Part shown: one piece after another, positions 15,501-30,500 of the stretch
Layout: each line of letters opens with the position of its first letter
How positions within the stretch are numbered: the first letter of the stretch is position 1
Assembly: GCA_965649765.1 (NCBI GenBank)
Contig: OZ287748.1
Location: forward strand, 11,656,001 to 11,720,000
DNA from: Bispira polyomma
Taxonomy: Eukaryota
Reading direction: 5' to 3'
DNA length: 64,000 nt
Notes under the pieces: model-generated
Seen by the model: only the letters and a program-made list of their open reading frames with translations
Told to the model about the DNA's origin: nothing
The model's database searches: none
Position numbers and translations under genes: made by a program

Positions 15501-18500
15501 AACTGACCATTTCACTCATCAGCAACAATGTAAGATGCAGTGACCAACTGACCATTTCACTCTTCCGTGACAATGTAAGATGCAGTGACCAAAGGACCAT
15601 TTCACTCTTCAGTGACAATGTAAGATGCAGTGACCAAATGACCATTTCACTCTTCAGTGACAATGTAAGATGCAGTGACCAACTGACCATTTCACTCTTC
15701 AGTGACAATGTAAGATGCAGTGACCAAATGACCATTTCACTCTTCAGTGACAATGTAAGATGCAGTGACCAAATGACCATTTCACTCTTCAGTGACAATG
15801 TAAGATGCAGTGACCAAATGACCATTTCACTCTTCAGTGACAATGTAAGATGCAATCACCAAATGACCATTTCACTCCTCAGCTACGATGGATCAAGATT
15901 TACCGTAGTCTTCCTACACCTGTTATTGCTAGATTATCATCAGTTATTCTGATTCTTACATGATATATTCTAAGTAATACCTGAATCAATAAATATTAAA
16001 ATTTCTTCATTAATTATTACTAGAAGGACTATTCAACTAAGTTTCAAAAACATTATGGGGGGAAATGGTCTCGGCCATTCCTATAGTGTAGTCCTAGATT
16101 TTACCATACTTCTAAACCAATCAGAATTGTAAACACAAGCTTGTCCTGTTAAAATATTACATTGTGTGTTATATATAAATCAAAGATATCATATTATCCC
16201 AACCTTGACAAGCCCTTTAAAATAATATGAATTCCCAGTTATCTGGCCTATTTGCAGCTAGCTTTGAAGATTGTCTATTTTGTGTAGCAGCCATAGAAGT
16301 AAGCACACACCTGGGTAGTTTTGAGCTTGTTTTCCCAGGTACTGATCCTCTCTTCAAATGGTTTCTTGTAGGGCGAGAAACTCATGCTCTGTGTCATTAC
16401 AATGTGGTCGTCCAGCTGTTGAGAGATGTCCTCAGAAGCCTTCAGAATGTAGGTACCCGTCTCTTTGTAAGCTATGATATCAAAGAAGATGGGCTTCCAT
16501 TCACCCTCCATCTTGTCCAGAGCCTGTTTATAACAACACCATCATTGTGGATCTCACAGACAAGTCTTAGTATAGTCATATTTAACATATGCAATTTACA
16601 GTGGGTATATAATTTATGTATGATGTAATTGATACTAAAGACAAAATATACCAATATCAGGATATACCAATAAAACGGGTAACTAATTTTGAAATGAAAA
16701 GAAAAATTACCCAAACAAAACAGAAAGTGAAGCGGGGAACTACAAAACTGTTTACTGTCTGCTTTTGTTCAATGGAGTACATTTAAGTAAGACTAACAGA
16801 ACTCTACATGTTCAATAGAGTACTTTCAATAAAGACTAGCAGAATGCTACATGTTCAATGGAGTACTTTTAATAAAGACTAGCAGAATGCTACATGTTCA
16901 TTGGAGTACATTTAATAAAGACTAGCAGAATGCTACATGTTCAATGGAGTACTTTTGAGCAGGCCTATTACATTAGTTTTACTGTAGTAGGTAATGGAAT
17001 TGTAGAACTGTTCTCTGGCAGAAGTCCCCACTGTTTTAATTAGAATAATTTTAAGTAGAACTGGCAGAACTGTACCTGTTCAATGGAGTATTCTTTTCCT
17101 GCTACCTCCGCCACCTTAGTGATGGTTGAGATGTGATCCTGTAGTTTCATCTCCAGACACTTGGCGAAGGTGAGGTTAGCCTTAGGCCGGACTGGGAATC
17201 CCAGATCATTGGACAGCTGCTCCCAGTGACGGTTTCTCATCCCAGGGTTTCTCAGGCCCTGGATCAGCGGGATATTTGGACGGAAGGTCTCAATGCGAGA
17301 CTTGATCTCTTGGGCCACCTCACTGACACCTAGAGTGGTTATAGAGGTACTCAGTGGTTAACACAGGCTCTTTAGTGCAATTGTATTCACTTCTAATACA
17401 TAATTCTGGGCACCGTATTCTCAAAAATAAACTCAAACTCAACTCAAATTAAGGCTATGTGTGGGAGCTCTTGAACATAGAATAAACCTATGCTTGTGAC
17501 CATTCATTTTAATAGAGCTTTAAGCGCTGAATTCAAATATGCACTGAGAGATTTTACTTAACTTCCTTCTAGCCAGAGATATGGGAACTTCAGATTTGAA
17601 CCTGAGTCTGAGTTAAGCTTGAGATGTTTCAAGAATATGGCCCCTGACTCCCCATTCTATATACAGTTGAACCCCTTTAAGTGGAACCTCAAGGAACTAT
17701 AAGAAATACTTCTACTTCAGCAGGATTTCCACTGAACAGGGTAGGTTTTAAAAGAGAACGCCTCTGTGGGACCATAAATTTAGCTCAACATAAAAGGGCA
17801 ATTGATTCAACAGAGTTCTACTTAAAGGGCTTTGACTGTATACACAGTCACCAGTGTTTCTAGTTGTGTATTTACCATCAAATTTTCACATAACAACAGG
17901 AAATTTCTTTTAATCATAAACTTACAACAATAAAAGATATTAGGGGTTACAATATAGAATAGATAGATTTATACTAAAATTAATTAATACAGTATTTTCT
18001 AAATGACAATATATTATTTCATTAAATAAAATTAATATCTCATACAGTTAGTTGTATCTCAGAATTATAAATGTTACAAAATAATAAAAGGGGCAATTAT
18101 ATTACATGCATGGTTTATATTTGTACTCAATACATATCTGAATTAAAACATTGAGGGGTGAATGTATTTAAAGATTTAAATTATACTACTTATGTTGACC
18201 AATTTTAAAATAAATTACCTGTGAAGAAAAAACTTAATTACACACGATTGCATTTAAAGTGCTTTTATAGAGCAATGTATCCAGTAATAGATACTATACT
18301 ATCTAACTATTACGACATACTTCAGAACAAAATAATAGTTACTGTACACTAATTATATATAAAATTACCCCGTTTCAGATAATATTTACTATTTTATCAA
18401 AATCATTGATCACCAAATTTGTTAACCTACATAAATTCCAAAATTAAGACTTGTTTTTAAGTTTTTTCATTAATCACATAATACTTTTATATAAACGAAT

Positions 18501-21500
18501 TATAAGTGCAAAACATTATAAGGAGCTACTGAACCATATACACTATATTTTACTAGAACTATAACTATACAGTGTATACTCATGCAAAATTTAACAACAC
18601 ATTAAAAATCCTATCATGCACCTAGCTAAACTGACAATGCACAAAACTATAGTGACTACAAATCTAAGAAAATACATCAACTGAAATCATATAAAACTAC
18701 ATGTTGCCAAAAAGGCATTCTACTGAAACCTAACAGCACCGAAAAGGACAAATTCGAAAAAATGGAGGGAATTAATGGCTGTGTTTATGCCAGATTTGAC
18801 TACCATATGAAATAAAATATTGAAGAGGAATTCACTAGGAATCCCAACCCATGGTCAAACGGCAAAATATACATAACTAAATACTAGGGGACTTATTATA
18901 ATTTATGTCACTTGGTACCAATTTTTAAGTTGCAACCCATTCATGGCTGTGGGGTAAATTGTTTATTTTGATATTGGCACTATTTATTCTGTCCGTTCTT
19001 GGTCTCTCACTAAATATTGATGGGTATAGCCTGTGCATACCATTATTGGACAGGTCTTTTCACACAAAATTTATTGGTATTTAATCAATTTTATGTTGTT
19101 CCATAAAATATTGTAACAGTTTAAAGCCATTTTTACTTGTAAATACACATGTAAACAAATTAGACGTTTTATTTTCTGTTTCGTTTGGGCATACTTTTTT
19201 GCTTAAAAGAAAATGTTCTAGTTTCTTGGTATGCCCCAATATCGGCCAACATTGAAATAATTTTACCTTTGATAGCAATCTCGAGATACAAAAATGATTT
19301 ACCCACTAATTCAGCGTAATTTTTTTAATAATTTTTAAGAAGAATGTCAGATAACACCTATTTGCCATTACCAGTAAAGGATTTATGGACTATAAACGCA
19401 GCGTAAAAAGCTCCAGAGTCAAACTTAAGCCAAACCAACAATGACTACCTTTGATAGCGATCTTGTGATACACAGACAATTTACCTACTAATTCAGGGCT
19501 ATTTTTTTCTAAAATTTTCAAGAAGAATGTCAGACAACACCTATTTGTCATTACCAGTAAAGGATTTATGGAGTATAAATGCAGCGTAAAAAGCTCCAAG
19601 GTCAAACTCTAGTCAAACCAACAATGACTAGTTCTAACAATTTGGTCGTTTAGCTTTGACACCAATATAAGCTCACCATGTAATGTATGTAAATAAGGAG
19701 TATAATATCACGTAAGTTGTGGCCTAAAAAGGTTCTGAACAATAAAAGCACTAGAAAAAATCTCTACAAAAATTACACATGATTGACACAAAATTCAACA
19801 TTCTAGCAGGAACTCTTGAAGAGGATTCTACTATGATATCACACTAGGTATTTACAGCAAAACCATGGGGCCAGACCAGAAAGGATTCCCTGACCACTCT
19901 ACACACAGCTAGGTGAAATACAGGCTACTTCTGTCTAGTGATAGTACAAATTGTGAAGTCTCTTTTTTTCTCTCCAAAATACAACTGCTTTTAATGGTGA
20001 CATAAGAATAATGGGGAAAGTTTCCAGCCACACATTTATGTACACCATTCCTAGGATTAAAAATTTTTTAAAAAAAGGAAATAATCTAAACGTGGAACCA
20101 ATCTGAAAACATACCAGGATCTACTACGAAGTTCCAGGGTCCTTATTGAATAGGAATTAAATCAGGAAAAATTTAAAAATGATAATTATACACATATTAT
20201 TTGTATTTATGCACAAGTCAAGAACCAGTAGTTGTAAAACAATCTGTATAAAATACTTAGTAATTATTAGTATAAATTGCAATCTATGATACCAAATATA
20301 CAATCACATCAACCAGTAGTATACTACCCCCCTTGGCAAAGAGACAAATGCCCATTACAAAATTGTAGACCACGATGTCGAACGAGCCATAATATGTGTA
20401 CTTAGTAGGGGGTGGAAAAGTTGCAAAGAAATTGGACTCAAGCACAGTGAAACAAGAGTACTTGCACGGTTTACTATACACCAATGACAACCATTCTGAT
20501 AAACAATATGGCGGCTTGCGGAAAACAAAAGCTTTGACGAGAAACATCATCTACTAAATTCAATATACAAGTAGTAGAATCTATAATATTTGTGATTACT
20601 AAATAAAAAATCAAACAAGGTATTGATATTAATTAAGCGGAAATATGGATATAAATCCAGTATTTTACAAATACTGAACAATATGTAAGTGATAACAGCA
20701 CATTTTTGAGGAATAGAGTGGGAAAGGTGCACTGGAGCCTTTATTAAAATTGACTCAATTATTCAGCGAGCATCAATTGCCAATTGCGCATATTTGCTAA
20801 ACATCACCAGTGACGTTAACTAGCTGTTTCAAAAAGTTTTTATCAGTAGATTTCAAAAGATAAATGCAAACATATTTCGAAAAACAGTCTCACCTTCTCC
20901 TGTAAAAAATTTCCCAATTAAGAAAGCATAGAATTTCCAAAAATGCTACAGGAAGATGTGATTGTATAAAATAACCAGCTAACATTGCAATATGCATATG
21001 AAATAATAATGGTTAATTCCTTGCTTTAAAATTATATGTATAAAAATGAAAAAGCACTATGAATATTGAATACAAACAAAAAAATTATCACTGCTGTCTG
21101 CTATGACACAATGTTTATGTATAGTTGTATCTCAGATACAATCGGTAACACACACTACCTTGGAAGGACTCTGAGGAACCTGTCGGGGGAACAGGAAAGT
21201 GGTTTAAAGGGTCATGGACTTCACAAAAAGGTAGTCTAATATACGATATATAGATGCTTACATGATATGCAATAACAAAAAGAATCATATCAGCCGTTTG
21301 GTTGAGTGTTTTTACTCTGAACTGAAACTACTAGTTATTATAAACAATTTAACACAAATACATAACATTAGTAATCCCCATGTGATAATTGTGTTAACTT
21401 TTAAATTTGGGTTTATTGCATTTTGTGCCATATTACGAAAGATACTTCACTGATGGAGGACATCAGAGCCAAGTAATAGATCAATATATTCTGCTTTACA

Positions 21501-24500
21501 AATCACTGGCCTTCAGCAAGTGTACTGCCAAGTTTCCCCACATACACACCAGGGCCGAGATTTGAATCCACGAAGGCAGAGGTGGGGGGCGAGTGCTTTA
21601 CCACAACACCACAGAGGGACCCCCCCACCCCCAATGTGATAGAATAGAATAACTAATGTTTTGGGGGTTTTTACCATTAATAAAGAACATTTTTCAAATC
21701 AGAATAGGATTAATTTATCATGTCAACTTCCTTACACTTAAAAATGCTACAGAATAACAATTTCAACGAATGCCACCGGACAACCTATATGACAACATCT
21801 CATGCCAAAAGAACTTACCTTCCTTCTTGTATAATAAATTGTGAGAACTGACTGTGAATATAAAATTTAACATATCATTTATATATACCAGGTTAAATAC
21901 TACAGCATTATAAAGACCAGAAGTGAGCAGTGACCAAAAGTCGCAACAGTGCACAACATCCACCCACATCCATGATCTAGACATGATGGTAGAATGTGGG
22001 GGAAATACTTCATTGTTCGTTTGTTTAAAACAGTTAAATTTGAAGAAATCCCATTATAGACAGAAATTTTATGATGAAAATAAACTCCCTATGCTTGTAC
22101 TTTAGTAAATATGGATGGTTTTATGGTTAAAAAAATAGTCCATTATTTCACCAAAAGTGCTGTCATTTTATCTGCTAAACAAAGTCTGCATTTTCTGGCT
22201 TTATTTCTACAGGAAAACTACATCACCAACTGGATACAGAATCATAGTTCTTTGTTGTTCCAACCATCCTATATTAGACTGACCTGCAATGTGTGAATTA
22301 ACCATATCAATCAAGAGAAGAGACCAAAAGAACACCACCAGCATTCTGACTGCCCCTACCTGGTATTTCCGAGAAGATCTTCACAGATTTGTGCATGGTC
22401 TTGAAGGAGTCCATGACATTTTTCTCCAGCACTTCAGAATCAATGGTGGTGAGCGGGTCGTTCATCCAGGACTCGTGCCACCTCATCCAATCAGAGGCCG
22501 TGATCCAGAGGTTCTTGAAGGGCTCAAAATCACGCACAAGTTTGGCCAGCTTGTCATACTGTTAAATAAGAAGAGCCTGTCCTATCTCAGTCAAAATTAA
22601 GCGCCCACGACAGAGATAACAAGCATGCAACAAACACCACTAACTACTACTACACTGATCACATACAGCTACAGCTGATTATAGGGTACAGTACAACCTC
22701 TATTATCCAAAATTCTATTATCCAAATATTCAATTTTATAAACACATTTTCACTCTCCTAAAAAAAATTTCCTATCAGTTTTGTTTTTTTACTACAATGC
22801 CTCATCTATCCAAACAAAATCTTTCTCTCCCAAACATGTTCGTATAATTGAGGTTTTTGACTGTATTTTGGTATATGGTTAAGTCATCACCAAATCAAAC
22901 TTGACACCAGTCTTACCAACTCCGCACCAATTCTACATGATGAACTCATCACCATTGAGGTATAACTAACTTACATAAATTATTATTTTGTAGTGAATTT
23001 TAATTCTATAAATTATAAGACAAACCCTAGTAAACTGGAACGGAACTACTGTTTTAGTTTTATAACATAAATAAAGTTAAAAAAATTATTGCTTGACAGA
23101 TCACACTTATATTATGATTTGTGTGGATTTCAAAGTTTCTATTTAGCTCACATAGCTCCAAAAAAAAATATATACATATATTATTAATGGAAATGATTTC
23201 TATGACACACCCCTTTTACATTATTCAGTTAGACATACAAAGCGTTCATCATTTACACTCAATAAACTATGTTTGGTGCAAAGTTGGTAAGGATGGGGTG
23301 ACACCTTATCAGACTGGTGCTTAAGAAGTGGTGACGACTTTATCAGACTGGTACCTAGATGGTTGGTGCCCTGAGTTTGTCTTGGTGAAGACTTCACCCA
23401 TATTCGGTACTACAAGTACAATATATACACTAAAAAAACTATCTTAAGTTAAGCCACACAAAATCACAGAGAGCCACACACGCACACTATGTATTAGTCT
23501 TAAAAATAATTAAATACTGTGAAAGTGGAATTATTTTTACCTAGTACCTACAGTTTAATGCATGTGTCCCCTTTAAGTAGAACTCTGTTAAGCAGATTTC
23601 CGCTTTTGTAAAGAAATATCTATAATCCGATTACTTAGACTTTTCTACCTGTTGAGTAGAATTCCAGCTCAAGTAGAGGTATTTCTCCTGATCCCTTAAG
23701 GTTTGACTTAAAATAGTTTAACTGTATTTGCACTAATAAAATTGGACAGTGAAAATTGATTCCCAGTGAAAATATCATCCTGTAATACTCTTTTCCTAGA
23801 AAATTGAAAAATAGGAAAACATTTATTCCACTGAATTAATTGCAAATTAGTGAAAATTTATTACAGCTTCCAGCATCAGCATAACATAGCTTGATGCTGC
23901 AAGAATATAGCACAGACATATAGGAAAAGGAAAACAAGAAGTTACTAATAACCAGAAATGAAGAAAAACAAAATGTCACTGGAAAGCACTATTACATGCA
24001 CAATAGAAACAGTTTCATGGTGACAAGGCTCATCCTTATTACTGTTTAAATTCCATTCATTCGTAAGATGCATCATATTGGTATTTTACAAGAAAACACA
24101 CAAATGTTTTTAGGAGACAAAGAAAAAGGCCCATAGATTAATTCATCCATCTTGTACCAAAATACTTAACTATATGTTATGAAAGCCAATGAGAGTCTCC
24201 AATGATATCTGCTCAAAATATTTTTTTTAAACTGAACTCTACTCAATATAGTTCTGTGCAAGATATTTCAAAATGTTTAAAAACACAAAACAAATTAACT
24301 TGAGACCAAGTATACCAGAGCAGCATAAATACATAAAAGAAGGACAGTCATGTTGGCATAATAAAAATTATATTTACACAGATAATTACAAACATTGGAG
24401 TTTTCCAGTTGAAATGTAAATTGATTTGTTGATGACCTGTCTTTTGTATGGTTCTCATAATTTAAGAAGATCAGTAATTATTGAACGTCTGTACAAATCT

Positions 24501-27500
24501 TAAATTAAATTTAAACCTGGCCAAGATAAAGATGAAAGCAGTACACTAGGCATATCAAATATCATGGTATCAGAATTACATAACCGCACACTAGGCATAC
24601 ATTACATTTTAACCATTGAGAAATTCACAAAAACACAAAACAAACCCAAAAACTTCTAAACAGCCGAGAAATTATTTCTTACAAAATTGTTATCAAATAT
24701 CATGGTATCAGAATTACATAAGGATTTTACAAGAAATCTGAAAACCTCAAAAAGAAGGTAAAGAAAATGGACAGTCATTTGGATATGTCAATTCTAAATA
24801 AGCTATCAAACAATGACAGAAGACACAGTCAAGAAAAGTCTACAGTTAATATACATGCAGCAGAAGATGATGCAAAAATTGAAAGAGTCAAAAATTTATT
24901 TGTCTTTACAAAAGTAACTATCACCGACAAAAGGCAAAAATTGATGGAAATGGCCAAAATATGAGACACTTAAGGACCACTTTATTAGAACAGTATGATA
25001 AAGTGGGCAACACTTGGGCCTGATGCAAACACCAAAGCCATCAGTGATGGTTACAAAAGCCGACCTCTCCAATCTGTAACATACTTAGACTAAAAACATT
25101 AGCAACAGTTAAAAATTAACAATGTTATATAACACAAGGGTTTTAAGTTAATTGTAACACACTTAGTTAGAAAGATATCTTTAATTTTAAAATCATATGA
25201 ATAAAAATTTAAAAAAAATTACATTAGATTCTATGAACACTTGTTGAAATTCTGGTATCCACATATGGTGTAATTTGAAGGGAAAAGGTCAGAAAACCAG
25301 AAACAAATGACAATATACGGTCATGCAAGGTCAAACTTAGTTCTACGATGTAAGAATGTTTTTCACAAGGGGTTCTTGAGATATATAAACTGGACAAGAT
25401 AAACAAGTTTAAAGTCAAAATTCTACAGAGCCTACACATTATTTGTCCAGACTGTTCACAACCTCGCAGAAGTGGTTTCTGTTTTACACATTATACACCA
25501 TAGATCTGGCCACTCGCTACAGGGACTGGAGGGCTTTACAGACCGCCCACGACACGACACAAGACGGCACAACATTTTTTTTAGAGATTTCTTCAAGGCC
25601 AATTGCAGTGTCATGCTAAGACCAGTCTGAATATACATTGTCTTGTTTCTATTTTTATGTAGTCTCGTGTCGTGGGCGGTATGTGAAAGCCCTTAAGAAT
25701 AGCCCAACATCCTTAAATGTGGGTAAAAACTACTTTACTAAAATTCAAAGAAAACAGTTAACGAATTGTAAAATACCAACAAAGTATCAAACTTGTCTAT
25801 GAATATTACATCTAACTGTTAGTACCGTCTGAAACAATAAATATATTATAGTTTATATTTTATCAAAAAAACATAAGTTTCAATAAGACATGACACTGTT
25901 AGAAAATTGTTTCAATCAGGTTATTGCAGAAAAGATTGAAGAACAAATTATTTAGATTAAGTATAACCTTAGATAGACATCTCTTCAGCAAATTATTCAT
26001 ACAAAGTATTGCCTAAGACAGACATCGCTTCAGCAAACTCTATGTTGCAAATAGTCTTTCAGAAATTCTAGAGCAAAAAGTATTGCAGCAACAAAACAGG
26101 AATCTTTCAAAAAGTGAAGGTGAAGATAACAAATGTATGTACCTTTGATAACAGTTCTCACAATCTGTGAGTTGGGACAGAACTGGGTATATGTACTCAC
26201 ATTGGTGACAGGCATGCCAAACAGTCTCTCCCTGTTGTTGTATGTAGTGGCCATCTGTTGAGCTTCCTTCAGCTGTCTGTGGACACGTCTTACCTCATTG
26301 GCCACCTCATGGGCCTTACTGATCTCAGTATGTGCAGCCATCCCAGCAACAACCATCTGAAACAGTGACATTGCAAAAAGGTATCACTACACTATCCAGT
26401 AACCACTTCAAGGCAGCCATCCCAGCCACAACCATCTCAAACAGTTATATATTTAAAACGTATTACAACACTATCCAGTAACCACTTTAAGGCAGCCATC
26501 CCAGCCACAACCATCTCAAACAGTTATAAAAGAAATATGTATCACTACACTATCCACAAACCACTTTATGGCTGCCATGATACACTAACACACAAAATCT
26601 GAAAAACCTGGCAGTACCAACTACATTTGTTTAAGTATATTTTCCAAGATGGTGGACTTTTTGTTGAACAAAACTTGACATTTTCAAATGGTTTAAATGT
26701 AGCACAAACTATAAAGAAATGCAATAAAGTATATATACATTCAGTAAAACAGTGCTATAAAAGCCCCAAAACGACAAGTTAAGATTTGTGAGAATTGTGC
26801 CATCATATTGGTAGTGGTAAAGTGATCTCTACCCAATAGAGATTCTGCTGTAGTTAGACTATATATGAAATAGTAGAGTAAATACGTACAGAGAGGGAGT
26901 CCATTCTATCGTTAAAGTTAGCCGTATCAGAGAGCTGTAGTTTGTGGAAGCGTTCCTCATCCTCTTCCAGCTGGTGCTCGGTCAGGTCCATCTGTGCGAC
27001 GATCTTGTGAGGCCAACCTGCTGCTGTCCACCTGAGTAATACAAGACACTCAATGACAGGTTGTCACACACTGACCACAGAGACACAGCCCCCACAGTAT
27101 ACTCAACCTGCTGCTGTCCACCTGAGTAATACAAGACACTCACTGACCACACTGACCACAGAGACACAGCCCCTACAGTATACCCAGCCTGCTGCTGTCC
27201 ACCTAATTAATACAAGACACTCACTAACCACAGAGCCACAGTATACTCAACCTGCTGCTGTCCACCTAATTAATACAGGACACTCACTGACCACAGAGGT
27301 ACAGTATACCCAACCTGCTGCTGTCCACCTAATTAATACAAAACACTCACTGACTACAGAGCCACAGTATACCCAACCTGCTGCTGTCCACCTAATTAAT
27401 ACAAGACACTCACTAACCACAGAGCCACAGTATACCCAACCTGCTGCTGTCCACCTAATTAATACAAGACACTCACTGACCACAGAGGTACAGTATACCC

Positions 27501-30500
27501 AACCTTCTGCTGTCCACCTAATTAATACAAGACACTCACTAACCACAGAGCCACAGTATACCCAGCCTGCTGCTGTCCACCTAATTAATACAAGACACTC
27601 ACTAACCACAGAGCCACAGTATACTCAACCTGCTGCTGTCCACCTAATTAATACAGGACACTCACTGACCACAGAGGTACAGTATACCCAACCTGCTGCT
27701 GTCCACCTAATTAATACAAGACACTCACTGACCACAGAGCCACAGTGTACTCAACCTGCTACTGTCCACCTAAGTAATACAGCACTCACTGACCACAGAG
27801 CGACAGTATACCCAGCCTGCTACTGTCCACCTAAGTAATACAACACTCACTGACCACAGAGCGACAGTATACCCAGCCTGCTACTGTCCACTTAAGTAAT
27901 ACAAGACACTCACTGACCACACTGACCACAGAGACACAGCCCCTACAGTATACTCAGGACATAACAATACAAATACCACACCGGCACAAACTGACATCTG
28001 TGTGACGATCTTGTGAGGCCAGCCTACTGCTTTGCACCTAATTACAATAACTCAAAGTCATATTCTAACAAGATGACCATTCTTATGTTAGGCATATACA
28101 ATTATTTAAAAGCATAAAATATGCACCCCGAGCAGTTTTAGGGGATCATTGCAATGGTGATTTAATGTAAACAAATTCAAAACGGCCAATTATACATAGC
28201 TATTTTTGTATTTTGTAAAAGTTTACTAATTTCAGTATCTTTGGAAGGTAAGGCTCTACAAAATAACTTATAATAATAGTAAAATAGCATAAATTTATCA
28301 GGCTTTACAGCTGTCCAGCAGCATCCCCCCATGAATCATTATCAGCCCTCGGGCCTGACAGACTGATTGATGTTGGGGCTACTGAAAAGCCATAATACTC
28401 TACCAAATCATGTTATTGTCCTAATGCCACTCACTTGGCATTGAAGTCGTCTGTGGAGAGGTTGTAGTAGAACTCTTCGATGAGTTCGTAGTCCTGCATG
28501 GCGTGGTCTATCAGCTCCTGGTGCTCCTTGATCGTCTCAGGGATGGACTTCATCCACTCGCGCATGTCAGACAGCTCTTCTATACAGTTAGCCTTCTCAT
28601 ACAGTTTCCTGGCAATGGCCTTAAACTCTTCACAAGCCTCATCTGCCTGGGTCCTCAGTTTCTTGGCCAGAAGCTCCAACACAGCATTTCCTGCACAAAG
28701 AAAAGAAGTCAACACTAACTATTAACATACATCTTTAAGTCATAAAATAGAAGAGGCATTTGATTTAAAAACAACAGGGAAAGATATATTTGGGAGAATG
28801 GAAATGTGACTATAAAATGGAATATTTGAGTACCATGGAATATTTGAGTACTAGAAGTTTTGATAAAAGAAGTTCTACTGGTGTTTTTAACCATATATGA
28901 ACTTCCTCAGCCTCACGGTTTCTGACAACTTGCCCCGGAAAAACTAGCGGGTGAAAACAATAGGCTATGGAGTAAAAATAGAATATTTGTAACTAGAGTT
29001 TGTGGGAGTAATACTTGAGAGTATACAGTAGAATCTCTATTATCCAAACATGTTGGGAGAGAAAAATATTGTTCAGATAGGAGAATGTTCGTAAAATAGA
29101 ATACATTTTTGTATGAAACAACAGAAAAACATAAATTTGGGAGATTAGAAATGAATTCATCAAATTGAATATTTGGATTTCAGAAGGTCGGATAATAGAG
29201 GTTCTGGTGTATTACCGAGTGCCTTCCTCTTCTTAGACAGGCCCTGTCTCACAGTCTCTGTGTTGACGTAGAAGGGTCCGATGGTGATATTACTGGGCAG
29301 CAGCCCCTCAATCACCTCCTTGGCATGTAGGTGCATCTCCACCTCCTGCTTCACCTCCAGGGCTGACTTGTTCTGACTCTCAAAGTCCCTGCAATATAGA
29401 TATACAATGTAGTAGTACTCGGCTGCTAAACAAACATCTTAGATGTCAGTCTGTTATCGACAATACAACGAAAGTGTACTAGATCACAGTACATATAGAT
29501 TACAGTACATAAACACTGCTGACAAAAAATGTCATACGTCAACCAGTCGAGAAAGTAGAACTACACAGTACAGCTAGATCACAGTATTTAACATTATTCG
29601 TGACCGTGTACAAGATCAAAATTAATCCAAATGATGTGTATACCCTTTACCATGCTATTTTAATGATAATACAATATTGTATAAATAGACAAGGGCTGGA
29701 AGAAACATTAGGTTATGCAACACCTAATGTAATGATCGTAACATCTCTTATTTAATTAGTTTTTGCACATTTTTAGTAGAATTTTACTCTGAACATATAT
29801 TACTAAACTCGAAACACACTCCACCTACTGTCGACTGGTACATACTTCTAGGGGCAGGCCCCCCAAAAAATAGATCAAATCAATCATGTTTCCTTAAATT
29901 ATAAAATCAACAATATGGACATTTAGAATTGCAATCAATTCCTGCTCTAGCTATAACATAGGAAAGAGTTGCTCACTTGACATAGGCATTGATGTCCATA
30001 TTCATGAGCTCCAGGTATTTCTCATACTGCCTGGCGTAGGCTTTAATGGGGATGAGAGACTTTGTGATGGCGCGTCGGATGGTCTCCCTCAACTCTACCA
30101 CATGGGGCTCATTCTCCCCAACAGACTCCAGTAGTGGTGTACCTGACCAGAAGATGTCCTCCATGATGTACTGGAAAAGAGAGATATATAGTGTACTGTT
30201 AGATATATAGAGTTATAATGTACCTGACCAGAACATGTCATACATGATGTACTGAAAGAGAGGGATATAGTGTACTGAAGGATAGAGATATAATGAACCT
30301 GACCAGAAGATGTCATATATAATGTACTGAAAGAGAGGGATATAGTGTACTGAAGGATNNNNNNNNNNNNNNNNNNNNNNNNNNNNNNNNNNNNNNNNNN
30401 NNNNNNNNNNNNNNNNNNNNNNNNNNNNNNNNNNNNNNNNNNNNNNNNNNNNNNNNNNNNNNNNNNNNNNNNNNNNNNNNNNNNNNNNNNNNNNNNNNNN

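Noticed and set aside
15058-15952. Long ORFs on both strands with 15-aa periodicity
   Set aside because: By-product of a 45-bp minisatellite; only 15079-15243 is a real DNAH1 exon.
20284-20550. 88-aa minus-strand ORF or possible alternative terminal exon in intron 19
   Set aside because: No recognisable homology, weak acceptor, no supporting donor or poly(A) context.
24720-25080. Purine-rich coding-looking stretches on the plus strand (also ~8850-9000 and ~18640-18820) suggesting a nested antisense gene
   Set aside because: Short, interrupted frames with no consistent splice chain or motif.
27053-27838. 261-aa repetitive plus-strand ORF
   Set aside because: Antisense reading of the 63-bp junction repeat; no domain or gene context.
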